From sequence record OV032902.1: a stretch of 64,000 nt of DNA. One strand, written 5' to 3'. The notes under the pieces were generated by a model. That model saw only the letters and a list, made by a program, of their open reading frames with translations. It did no database searches and was not told where the DNA came from. A program made the translations under genes and the position numbers. Positions 18,432-27,600 of the stretch are shown here, one piece after another (position 1 is the stretch's first letter; each line of letters opens with the position of its first letter).

Positions 18432-20513
18432 ATGTTGGTCGAAAAGCACCATACTTGTTCCAGTGCCATCGGTATCACTGAGGCCATTACGTCATTCGAG
18501 CGCTTTAACTCAGCTTCTCGTACGGCAATGGCAGCTTCACAGGCAGCTCAGTACGTCGTCCCAGCCGATGGTCCAGACTGTCCTCGTATTTTAACAACAT
18601 ATGAAGCAGAACAGGCCAAGTATACCATGGGCATTACGATGCCAGTGGATGGGATAACCAAAGCTATGATCAGCAAGTACCAGATTGGTTCTGGTATGAA
18701 CAGCGTACGTAAAAACGCTGAACGTACTCTTATGTATATTGACCAAGACTCAGGCAAGTTAGATTGTCTAGAGATTAAGTCAAACGAGTGCACACACGAT
18801 ATCTTCGGATATGAGCTACATGACAACACAATTCTTCGTCATGCGGTTCGCGAAGGTGTGCCAATTCCTAAGGGTACAAAACTCACGTCATCTAAAGGTG
18901 TCTTAGCGAACGGATTGTACAGTTCCGTTCTTACAGCTAACTATTGTTATCTGTCAGTAGCACCAGTGATCGAAGATGGCATGTGGGTATCTGAAGAGTT
19001 AGTAGAACGTAGTCGTCCTTATGCTTACGCTAAGGTTACATTCGAATGGGGTAAAACACACTACCCTCTAGATATGTACGGCGACGGTACAACATACAAA
19101 CCGTTTGTAGGTCCAGGCGAAAAGATCAAACCTTCGGGTCTTGTCGCTGCTCTTCGTGAGAAGAATGATATCTACGATGCAGTTATGATGTTGCCTCAAC
19201 ACTTGACAGAAGTACACACGTACGATAAAAGCATCTATGCTCCACCAGAGTCAGAAGATGTAGAAGTATGTGACGTAAGTGTACTAACAACAACACGCGA
19301 TCACAATCGTCTACCACTAACGCCAGTAGGTATGGAAGTTTATCCTCGTATCTTTGCAGAGCAACGTTCTAAATTCTTGGACCGTGTTCTGGATGTATAT
19401 GAAGACTTCCGTCGTGAAACTGGTTACCGTGGTGAGATCTCTCCTCGTATGAGCGCACTTCTAGTTGAAGCGTACTCAGATAAACCTACTGACCCACGTT
19501 GTCGCATGATGGGTGCTAAGAAGCAAGGCGGTATCACACGTACTATGCGTGGTACACCGATTGATGAATGGCACATAGAACTAAAGCTTAAATGGAAGTT
19601 CCGAGTTGGTAATGGTGGTAAGCTTACTAACCTACACGGCTCTAAGGGTGTATTCGCAAGAATCGTACCTAAGGAACACATGCCAGTAGACCAATACGGT
19701 CGTCGAGCTGAAGTTGTTATCTATGGTGGTTCTACAATCGCCCGTCTAAACGATGGTCAGTTATACGAACAGTTCGCAAACTGTTGTGGTGATACGGTAG
19801 CAATTAAGTGTCAAGAAATGATCAAAGCGGGGCAAGCAGCTCAGGCTTGGGAATTCTTACTTGGTTGGTATGCAATCGCCTCACCAGAAACGTTGAGCTT
19901 TATTCAGCATTATCGTGGTAATGATCAGGTTAAGCACATGAATCTAATCGCAGAGCATGGAACGTGTCTTGCGATAGAAGGCGACAATACTTATGTCGGC
20001 GTAGATTGGGCACGTAAGATGATGGCATACTGTCCACCTATTATGACTCCTGTGACTTACACGAACTTGGATGGCAAAAAGGTTACAACTAAAGCACCGG
20101 TAATGATCGGCGCAGCAAGTTGGTGGCTACTAGATAAAACATCTACTAAGCCAATGGCTGTATCTGTGGCACGTCGTCAGATTCATGGTATTCCGTCGAC
20201 AGTGAATAAGTCCACTAAGAATGCAGCACCTACTAACCTACAACCATCTCGTACTTATGCTGAGTCTGAGATACGTGGTATTACTTACGCAGTAAACGGC
20301 AAACATGTAATGGATGTTGTTGACCTGTCAGTAAACCCTGAAGCACTAGATGGAGCACTAGTGAAGCTGTGGAATGCAGATAAACCTACAGCTGAATGTG
20401 GATTGATTAACCGTGCAGAAGTTCCTTATGGTACTGGACGCTCAGTTAGCTTCCCACGTCATATCCTAGAATGTCTAGGTCCAACTGTTGTACGCGCTAA
20501 AGGAAGATCATAA
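18432..20513 (+). CDS. non-virion RNA polymerase beta C-terminal subunit (phiKZ gp71/73-like)
   Basis: GGKLTNLHGSKG matches the beta GxKxxxxHGxKG motif, followed by MPVD..G; also IEDG and ESE motifs. Uninterrupted. Confidence 0.92.
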   Translation: MLVEKHHTCSSAIGITEAITSFERFNSASRTAMAASQAAQYVVPADGPDCPRILTTYEAEQAKYTMGITMPVDGITKAMISKYQIGSGMNSVRKNAERTLMYIDQDSGKLDCLEIKSNECTHDIFGYELHDNTILRHAVREGVPIPKGTKLTSSKGVLANGLYSSVLTANYCYLSVAPVIEDGMWVSEELVERSRPYAYAKVTFEWGKTHYPLDMYGDGTTYKPFVGPGEKIKPSGLVAALREKNDIYDAVMMLPQHLTEVHTYDKSIYAPPESEDVEVCDVSVLTTTRDHNRLPLTPVGMEVYPRIFAEQRSKFLDRVLDVYEDFRRETGYRGEISPRMSALLVEAYSDKPTDPRCRMMGAKKQGGITRTMRGTPIDEWHIELKLKWKFRVGNGGKLTNLHGSKGVFARIVPKEHMPVDQYGRRAEVVIYGGSTIARLNDGQLYEQFANCCGDTVAIKCQEMIKAGQAAQAWEFLLGWYAIASPETLSFIQHYRGNDQVKHMNLIAEHGTCLAIEGDNTYVGVDWARKMMAYCPPIMTPVTYTNLDGKKVTTKAPVMIGAASWWLLDKTSTKPMAVSVARRQIHGIPSTVNKSTKNAAPTNLQPSRTYAESEIRGITYAVNGKHVMDVVDLSVNPEALDGALVKLWNADKPTAECGLINRAEVPYGTGRSVSFPRHILECLGPTVVRAKGRS

Positions 20514-22495
20514 TGAGACGAGATTATACAATCGACGAACTGATTGCAATGACCAAAGAAGAAATGTGGTCATTACCAGAGGGTGGCCTTCGGGTCACTT
20601 TCTCTGACGGTGTGATTAAAGACCGTACTAACGTCTTCAAGATCAACTGGTATTTCTGGCAGCTGTTTAAGTTTGGTGGACTTAAAGGTGTTTCCACTGC
20701 TCACTTTATGGGCGGCGAGGATTTCAACTTTAATGGTGGTATTCCAAGCAAAGAGCTGAGTAAGATATTCTGGGAAGTATTCGTACGTAAGTGCGGTGGC
20801 TTCTTTCCAGGCCAGGGTCTTGACTTAGTATGGGATATGTCGCGTCGCACATATCAGATCATCAACGAGCTGTATAATGACAGTATCTTCAAAATGGGTG
20901 AGCATGTATCTACATTGAGTCTGGTTGACTTGATTCAGGTACTAGATGACCCAGAAGTAATCGATGCCAAAGCCAAATGGGCAGCAGGCGAAATGGATGT
21001 TGATTCAGCACACAATGTAACTTGGGGTCGCTTAACATCTAAAGATGAACAGTACAAATTCAACGAGCTTGCTCGTGGTTGTCGTACATCTATCTTCAAT
21101 CGTCGTCAGACAAACCAAACGATCGGTCCTCGTGCTAACATTCCTGAGATTAACGGGGAGGCACACAGAACACCAATCGCACCTGGTTACATTGAGGGTC
21201 TAGATAAACAGTACGACCGTATCATTGAATCGTGTACTGCTTCAATCGCTTACTTCATGGCAAAAGCACCGCTTGAGGCGTCTGAGTATAATAACCGTAT
21301 GGCACAGTTTATGACTTCGGTCATTCGTGGCATTGATCATACGGATTGTTGTAGTGACAAGACCATACCTTGGCGAGTGCGTGATGCTAAAGACCTAGAG
21401 ATTCTGACTGGCAAGTTCCACATGGTGGATGGCAAATATCAGATGATCTTTGGTTATGAAGAACATCTAATCGGTGAGCTAATCCAAGTACGTAGCTTTA
21501 CTACGTGTAAATCTAAAGACCCACAGTATCCTTGTGCTATCTGTGTTGGTTGGAATGCTTGGACAACACCACCTGGTTCTGTTCTTGGTCATCACTTATC
21601 CATCGAGCCACTGTCTCGTATTTCACAGACAATCCTGTCTACTAAGCACGTTATCGCATCGACGAAGCCGCTGTATCTCAGCATAGCTCCAGAGAATCAA
21701 TTGCGTGTGCGTCTAGATATGGAAAACCCACATAACGTAATCTTTAACCGTGAGCCTAAGGCAGACAAAATCTTCTTCCGTTTCGCACGGGATGAAGCAA
21801 TCTTCCTGAACGACATCTTGAACATTGAAGAAATACAGGACATCATTCCTACACGTATCTCTTCACTGACAAACATTCAAGTGTTGGCCCACATGCCTAA
21901 GAAAGCTACGCCTACGGTTTACAACGTAGATGTTAGTCTAGGTGGTTTCGGTTCTCCGTTATCAAAAGAGTTCCTGACTTTCTTGCGTCATCAGTTTGAC
22001 AATGAATCAAGTTGGGATATTGTGGGTACAAACATCGAAGTCGATGTAACTGAATGGGACTTTGGTCAGCCTGTGGTTGTTACTCCTAAACGTGGTGCGG
22101 ATATCATGTCGGTACTATATACGTTCCAGGATTTTGTAAACAGCCCAAGTAAAGCCAATGCCGTTCGTGCAGCAGACTTTGATGCACCGGGTCCAGCTAT
22201 TGAAGCATTGCTATATGGTCTGGATAAATACATCGATGTTAACTTTGCCCACGCTGAAGTATTTGTGCGTGCGTTAATGTCTGGCGTGGATGCAGCAGGT
22301 TATCTGACCTACGAACTTCCACGTGGCGGTGAACCATTTAAGTTTGGTAGCATGAAGGACATTATCCATAATCGTTCTGAATCTACTAACCTGGCGTTCG
22401 AGGGACACGTTCGTCATATCACCTCTCCTGGAACATACTTGAAGGATGACTTTAATATTCCTTCAGCTAGTATGGACCATATCTGGTGTGAATAA
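20513..22495 (+). CDS. non-virion RNA polymerase beta' C-terminal subunit (phiKZ gp74-like)
   Basis: Follows the beta gene with TAATG overlap. Zn ligands DCCS...C...CxxC and EPLSRISQTILSTKH trigger-loop-like segment. Confidence 0.85.
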   Translation: MRRDYTIDELIAMTKEEMWSLPEGGLRVTFSDGVIKDRTNVFKINWYFWQLFKFGGLKGVSTAHFMGGEDFNFNGGIPSKELSKIFWEVFVRKCGGFFPGQGLDLVWDMSRRTYQIINELYNDSIFKMGEHVSTLSLVDLIQVLDDPEVIDAKAKWAAGEMDVDSAHNVTWGRLTSKDEQYKFNELARGCRTSIFNRRQTNQTIGPRANIPEINGEAHRTPIAPGYIEGLDKQYDRIIESCTASIAYFMAKAPLEASEYNNRMAQFMTSVIRGIDHTDCCSDKTIPWRVRDAKDLEILTGKFHMVDGKYQMIFGYEEHLIGELIQVRSFTTCKSKDPQYPCAICVGWNAWTTPPGSVLGHHLSIEPLSRISQTILSTKHVIASTKPLYLSIAPENQLRVRLDMENPHNVIFNREPKADKIFFRFARDEAIFLNDILNIEEIQDIIPTRISSLTNIQVLAHMPKKATPTVYNVDVSLGGFGSPLSKEFLTFLRHQFDNESSWDIVGTNIEVDVTEWDFGQPVVVTPKRGADIMSVLYTFQDFVNSPSKANAVRAADFDAPGPAIEALLYGLDKYIDVNFAHAEVFVRALMSGVDAAGYLTYELPRGGEPFKFGSMKDIIHNRSESTNLAFEGHVRHITSPGTYLKDDFNIPSASMDHIWCE

Positions 22496-22502
22496 GATAA
22501 AG

Positions 22503-22526
22503 CCTCCTAGCCTAAGGGCTAGGGGG
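22503..22526 (+). terminator. intrinsic terminator
   Basis: CCTCCTAGCC-taag-GGCTAGGGGG then TTATTCTTT. Confidence 0.7.
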
Positions 22527-22585
22527 TTATTCTTTATGAACATTTTTCTTTAATCTTATGTTTTGATTAAAGAAGGAGGTGCGTC

Positions 22586-24100
22586 ATAGACATCACCGTC
22601 AATAGCCACGGGTTCTTTGTGTATCCAAATGGTCCTATTGAGTTAAAGCATATTAAAAGCTTTGCTATGACTGTAGCCGAAGTAGAAACTGTTCCTGACC
22701 CACGTACTCGTCAAAAGGTGCGACAAGTCAAAGCAGTTTATGCTACGTACAAAGAGGACCTTACTGAGTTCGGATTCCTTCGTGCTGACCTAGATGCTTT
22801 CATTAACCATATGGAATTTATCGGGTATGATACGAACCAGATGAATATCACTTATCGTGATATGTACGAACCGGTAACGATGCCAAACGTAATGAAGGAA
22901 GAGTTTAAACCGCGTGATAAACAGAAGCCTGCTGTAGAGTTCCTTTCTAAGAAAGAAGCTAAGAATCGTGTCATTGATGCGGCTACAGGTTTCGGTAAAT
23001 CATTCCTGGGTTTGAACACAGCTTTGAATTGTGAAGAGAGAGCTGCTTTTATTATGGAACCAGGTCATATTAAAACATGGCTGAAGTCCATACCTGAGCA
23101 AACACACATCAATCCAAAAGATGTTGTGGTTATTCAGGGCTCTGCTAACCTCAAAGCTCTTCTAGATTTAGAACGCGCTGGGCAGAACCACTACAAGCTT
23201 ATTTTCTTTAGCGCAGTTACGCTACGTAACTATTATAAGGAATACGAAGGTTTAGAGTTTGATTATGATGTTAAACCGCACGACCTATTCGAGTACCTAA
23301 AGGTAGGTACTATCATTCGTGATGAAGTACATGAGTCCATACATAGTTTGGTTCGCCAAGTTATCTATACTCACGTACCGCGTGTGATTTTCCTTTCGGC
23401 AACGCTAGTATCAGATAATAGCTTTATAAACAAAGTTTACGAACGAGTTTTCCCGAAAGCAGATAGATGGAAATCTGATGATAACCGTCACATCTGTGTA
23501 CGCTCTGTCTTGTACGACATGTACGACCCTAAGCGGAAGATAAAGTCAAAAGGCTTCCGTGGTTATTCGCATGTTAAGTACGAACAAAGTATCATGAAGA
23601 ATAAGAAGGTGTTAGAACAATACCTTGACTTCCTTGCTAGTATGGCGAATGCTTCATTCGTGAAAACATACAAGGATGGTTGTAAGTTCTTAATGATCTG
23701 TTCTACTAAAGAAATGTGTAAGTTGGTAGCGGAAAGAATGAAAGCTGATTATCCTCAGTTTACTGTTGGTGTTTACATCCATGGTGCTAAGGATGAAGAA
23801 CTGTACGAACGTGACATGGTTATATCTACACCTAAGGGTGCAGGTACAGGTGTCGACATTCCAAACCTTTCTACAGGTTGGTTGACTGTTGCGTTGAGTT
23901 CAACACAGTTAGGTAGACAGATTATGGGTCGCTTGCGTCCTATTAAGAAGTATCCTGACCGTGACCCAATGTTCTTGTATTTAACAAACAAGAGTATAAG
24001 TGCTCATCGTCAATATGACACAAAACGCCGTCAGGACGTCAGATTCCGTTCTAAAGATTTTAAAGCCATAGATACCGGCTTTATCCTAAAAGCAGCCTAG
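22586..24100 (+). CDS. superfamily 2 helicase (phiKZ gp75-like)
   Basis: Walker A ATGFGKS, Walker B DEVH, motif III SAT, GTGVDIP and QIMGRLR. Start proposed at ATA 22586 (see findings); track start is GTG 22619. Confidence 0.92.
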   Translation: MDITVNSHGFFVYPNGPIELKHIKSFAMTVAEVETVPDPRTRQKVRQVKAVYATYKEDLTEFGFLRADLDAFINHMEFIGYDTNQMNITYRDMYEPVTMPNVMKEEFKPRDKQKPAVEFLSKKEAKNRVIDAATGFGKSFLGLNTALNCEERAAFIMEPGHIKTWLKSIPEQTHINPKDVVVIQGSANLKALLDLERAGQNHYKLIFFSAVTLRNYYKEYEGLEFDYDVKPHDLFEYLKVGTIIRDEVHESIHSLVRQVIYTHVPRVIFLSATLVSDNSFINKVYERVFPKADRWKSDDNRHICVRSVLYDMYDPKRKIKSKGFRGYSHVKYEQSIMKNKKVLEQYLDFLASMANASFVKTYKDGCKFLMICSTKEMCKLVAERMKADYPQFTVGVYIHGAKDEELYERDMVISTPKGAGTGVDIPNLSTGWLTVALSSTQLGRQIMGRLRPIKKYPDRDPMFLYLTNKSISAHRQYDTKRRQDVRFRSKDFKAIDTGFILKAA

Positions 24101-24117
24101 TCGTAAGACTGGGCTGC
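24092..24117 (+). terminator. hairpin after helicase
   Basis: GCAGCCTAGTC-gtaa-GACTGGGCTGC with a GNRA loop; poor U tract. Confidence 0.5.
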
Positions 24118-24164
24118 CTAATCTTATGACTAGTCTTTTATTTTTTGTCAAAAGGAATGTTCCA

Positions 24165-24647
24165 ATGTACAAATCGTCTACATTGCACGTTCAGGGGTTA
24201 TTGCAAGAATTGATGCGATTCGTAGAAGAGGGCATGACGGTGCCTTTCTGTCTATGTATCTATGACGTCATTCACAATCCTCATGATGCGTTAGCAATCA
24301 AAAACACATTAGAGCTATTCCCTAACATCGATATCCGTGTAGCTATCATGTCAGGTAATAACTCAAACGCACTTCTGGCTGCGGCAGCAGTACCAGCAGA
24401 AAAGCGTTATATAACAAGCCAAGGTATCTTCTCTTTCTCGAAGCCTGTATATGTTGGTCAAGGTTCTTACAAAGACCTAAAGATCGCAGCAGAAGCTCAG
24501 AAGATGTTGGAAGTCCGCATCGATGAAATCCTTGATAAAGCTTACAAACTTCCGAAGTCCTCACATGAGATGCACAAAGAACAAGAGATTGTTCGTGCTG
24601 AGGCAGTACGCGGATACGGATTCCAGGATTATAAGGAGATCTTATAA
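24165..24647 (+). CDS. degenerate ClpP-like protein, probably catalytically inactive
   Basis: Aligns by eye to ClpP (DALAIKNTL, KRYIT..., GQGSYKDLKI, AEAV.GYG). The catalytic His position (MIHQP) reads FSFSKP and the SPGG loop is absent. ATG 24165 has an AAAGGA RBS. Confidence 0.7.
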   Translation: MYKSSTLHVQGLLQELMRFVEEGMTVPFCLCIYDVIHNPHDALAIKNTLELFPNIDIRVAIMSGNNSNALLAAAAVPAEKRYITSQGIFSFSKPVYVGQGSYKDLKIAAEAQKMLEVRIDEILDKAYKLPKSSHEMHKEQEIVRAEAVRGYGFQDYKEIL

Positions 24648-25156
24648 TGGAAGGAAAAACTGGTATCAATAGTAAGCGCGCTGTGTTTCTTTGTACTGAG
24701 TTCAATATGGGCATGGGTAAAGAAGCTATCAAGCGCATGGAAGCATTGAGTGCAGAAAGTGATGAAGACATCCTTATTGTTATCTCAAGCTATGGCGGCT
24801 GTTGTCGTACAATGCTTGCTATTCGTGACGCAATGAAACGTTCTCGTTGTCGTATCAATACACTAGTACTTGGCAAAGCTATGTCAGCAGGTTGTTACAT
24901 CCTAGTAACTTCAGCAGCTACTGGTGTTCGTGCAGTAACCAAAGATTGTCAGATCATGATTCATGGTCCAAACGGTGTGGCTCCTCTAAATGAGAAAGGC
25001 CTTGGCAATATGGAATACTACTACGACGTTGTTAAAGAGCACTTCAAAGAAGATGCAAACTTTGATGATGAGAAACTAGATCAGCATCTAGACCGTGACT
25101 TCTACTTCATGGGTGACCAAGCTGTAGAGCTAGGCTATGCAGACGTTGTTTTATAA
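24647..25156 (+). CDS. clpP: ClpP-family serine protease
   Basis: SSYGG loop, GKAMSAG (Ser), MIHGP (His), RDFY (Asp), AVELGYAD. Confidence 0.9.
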   Translation: MEGKTGINSKRAVFLCTEFNMGMGKEAIKRMEALSAESDEDILIVISSYGGCCRTMLAIRDAMKRSRCRINTLVLGKAMSAGCYILVTSAATGVRAVTKDCQIMIHGPNGVAPLNEKGLGNMEYYYDVVKEHFKEDANFDDEKLDQHLDRDFYFMGDQAVELGYADVVL

Positions 25157-25162
25157 TAACTA

Positions 25163-25186
25163 CCTCCTTCCCGCAAGGGAAGGAGG
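25163..25186. terminator. bidirectional terminator
   Basis: CCTCCTTCCC-gcaa-GGGAAGGAGG between convergent genes. Confidence 0.8.
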
Positions 25187-25194
25187 AGTTAATC

Positions 25195-25590
25195 TTATTC
25201 TTTTTCTTTTGGCGGTTCCGTAAAGTTACCGGCCTTGTCCTTATTCTCTTTAAGCTTCTTAACAGCTTCATCCATTTGGTTCTGGAGTTCTTCTGCTCGT
25301 TCAGCTTCTTCCTGGTTGTTTTCGATAACTGCTTCCATGACCATGTCATAGAGATCGATAGGAAGATCGAGAATATCACGAATGCCCATTTGGGCTTTCT
25401 CAGGAACACCCAGTCTGATAAGTTTCTTTATCTGATGCTTGAGTATTCTTTCACTTTCCATGCTCGGGTGGTGAGTTACAGACTTAATGGGATTATAGTA
25501 ATCCGGGTCATTATAGTCAACGTAACCCATTTCCGACTCGGTAATAATTCTAGGGATAAGCTGGTCAGACGGTTTACCCGTTAGCTTCAT
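25195..25590 (-). CDS. hypothetical protein, possibly translated only as a -1 frameshift extension of the upstream gene
   Basis: 131 aa from ATG 25590, which has no SD. Frame is open back to 25719; coiled-coil C-terminus. Confidence 0.7.
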   Translation of the reverse strand: MKLTGKPSDQLIPRIITESEMGYVDYNDPDYYNPIKSVTHHPSMESERILKHQIKKLIRLGVPEKAQMGIRDILDLPIDLYDMVMEAVIENNQEEAERAEELQNQMDEAVKKLKENKDKAGNFTEPPKEKE

Positions 25591-25661
25591 ATCAAAGATA
25601 CGATCAGCAATGTCCTGAGCAATACCGTCTTTTGGAGCAAACCTTAGATTATGCGGCGTGT

Positions 25662-27152
25662 CTACGAACTCGACTGGGATGCTCGGTCCACCAGGGTAAT
25701 GAAAAAATACGCTGAAACGTTATAAGGAATAAGGTTCAATTCCTCATCTACGTTCGGCTGTGCTTTCTTACACTTAGGACAGATCCAGTTCGGAATAGCT
25801 GTAAAGACATGCATGTTCTTGATGCTGTAGTTACGAACATCACGTAGAACTTCTTTAGCAAGATCACGGTTCTCTGAGATAACACCTAGACCTTCTAGGA
25901 TATCTTCACGACTATCGTTCTCTGCTTGACCAACATAGATCTTCTTAATCCAAGACATCTGATGCTGAGCCATAACCTGGCGACTACGACGAACAATGTT
26001 TTCTTGACGTTGTTGTGCAGCTAGGTTCTCAGAAAGATCAGGGTTAACTAGATCTTCAGCAACTCGTACTACGTCAGCAATCCAACGACGACCTTCTGAT
26101 TTAAACATCTGGTATGTTGGAGTCTGGCCGATAAGACGAATAGTTGCACCACCGTAATCATAAGAACCGATAGTGTGAGAAACGATATTGTGGTTAGCCA
26201 CTTCTTCTTGATACTTTTGAACATCTTCAAGAGTAACTGATTCCTTTGTAAGGAAACGAGCAGCGGTAGCAGGGAAACGTTTGCGGTTACGCATTGCCGT
26301 CTTAGCAAAGTTTAACTTAGCAATGTTCTTACGGCGTTCTTCCATCGGGATGGTCGTGTAGTCACATTTCTGTATTTCATCGTCACCGTCCTTTTCAACT
26401 TTGAATGTATTCGAACACTCTTGATGCAGAGGATAACCAGAAGGATAAGCCGCTTCAAGAGCACCTGCTTGAACATGAGAAAGATCACTTACTAGAAGAG
26501 CAGCTTCTAGAACATGACGTTGTTCCCAGTTCTCCAAGTTAGAATCGGTAACATGATCTAGGATATAGTCAATGATTTCAGAAGTGATGTGAACATCGTC
26601 TGTTGAGTATAACAGACCATTCGTTTCAATACCGATCTTGTCACGCACGTTACGTAAACGCGTAGCAACACGGAATGTTTCTTCAGAACCAAAGCCACCG
26701 ACTTTAATCCAGAAACCAGAACACCATAAAGGAATAGTGGTGATAGAACCCGTCTTAACCGCAGCACGCATTGCGTTAAGGAAAGCACTACCTAGTAGTT
26801 TACCTTCGCTGCGTGGCTTAGGGGTAAGAGTTTTAATGCGGACCGTCTCACCATCTACTTCTTCCATCTGTGCGACATCGTTTGTGTCTTCAGGAATAAG
26901 TGCTTGATAGTTTCTGTCTTCGTCTTCAGTTTGCCAGAAAGCAGTGTTTTCTAATTGGCGCTGTTTGACATAAGCAGTTGCCTGCTCAGGTGACGGTTTC
27001 TTTGTTTTGCCCAGGCGGGCTAGCTCTTTGCCTAATTCCAGGTTCTTTTCTTCCAGAGGATAAATACCACCAGGAGCCTGGAGCACATTGCTGTGCTCAC
27101 GTTGCTCATCGTAGTGGGAAATAGGCAGGCGCAGATTTGGTTTATTTTCCAT
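25662..27152 (-). CDS. phiKZ gp77-like protein; possible tail/baseplate assembly chaperone
   Basis: 496 aa, GGAG RBS, C-terminal CPKC followed by ...YFF at a slippery site. The chaperone role is inference. Confidence 0.65.
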   Translation of the reverse strand: MENKPNLRLPISHYDEQREHSNVLQAPGGIYPLEEKNLELGKELARLGKTKKPSPEQATAYVKQRQLENTAFWQTEDEDRNYQALIPEDTNDVAQMEEVDGETVRIKTLTPKPRSEGKLLGSAFLNAMRAAVKTGSITTIPLWCSGFWIKVGGFGSEETFRVATRLRNVRDKIGIETNGLLYSTDDVHITSEIIDYILDHVTDSNLENWEQRHVLEAALLVSDLSHVQAGALEAAYPSGYPLHQECSNTFKVEKDGDDEIQKCDYTTIPMEERRKNIAKLNFAKTAMRNRKRFPATAARFLTKESVTLEDVQKYQEEVANHNIVSHTIGSYDYGGATIRLIGQTPTYQMFKSEGRRWIADVVRVAEDLVNPDLSENLAAQQRQENIVRRSRQVMAQHQMSWIKKIYVGQAENDSREDILEGLGVISENRDLAKEVLRDVRNYSIKNMHVFTAIPNWICPKCKKAQPNVDEELNLIPYNVSAYFFITLVDRASQSSS

Positions 27153-27486
27153 TTGCGAAATTCTCCAGAATCATAGTTAAGGCCTGTAAGGATGAAGTGT
27201 AAAAAGAAGTGATCGCATACGCTAGCGGTAATGTGCTAGGAGTAAGCTCACCACTGGCAACAAGAAGATGTTTCTTATCTGCCATGTATTGATCCACCTG
27301 AGCCTGTAGTTGGTTCAGACGAACAAGTGTTTGATCAGCACGTGTCTTTTCTGTTAGGACACCGTTTTGCTGAGATAGTAGACCATGTTGAGCAATGGTC
27401 GCGCCAGAACTTTTGAAGTTGGCTTCGAAGTCGTTCTTTGCTTGGATGGCATCATCCCAAGTCAAAGTTGCTTGTGCTTGAGTCAT
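27142..27486 (-). CDS. hypothetical protein
   Basis: 114 aa from ATG 27486 with GGAG RBS, overlapping the gp77-like start. Confidence 0.7.
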   Translation of the reverse strand: MTQAQATLTWDDAIQAKNDFEANFKSSGATIAQHGLLSQQNGVLTEKTRADQTLVRLNQLQAQVDQYMADKKHLLVASGELTPSTLPLAYAITSFYTSSLQALTMILENFANGK

Positions 27487-27600
27487 GTGAACTCCCGAAT
27501 AATAATAATTTGTTTTAATGTGGTTAAAAGTCATATAATTGCGAGGCCCTGTCTTTAATGATCTGTAGGCTTAATTAGATAGGAACAAAGGAGAATTCTC

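Noticed and set aside
19600-19660. GGKLTNLHGSKG instead of the cellular GDK...RHGNKG in the beta subunit
   Set aside because: Both catalytic lysines and the His are kept, and such divergence is usual for nvRNAP beta subunits.
25655-25697. Stimulatory hairpin or pseudoknot 3' of the slippery site
   Set aside because: Only a 4 bp CTGG/CCAG stem was found by eye, too weak to claim.
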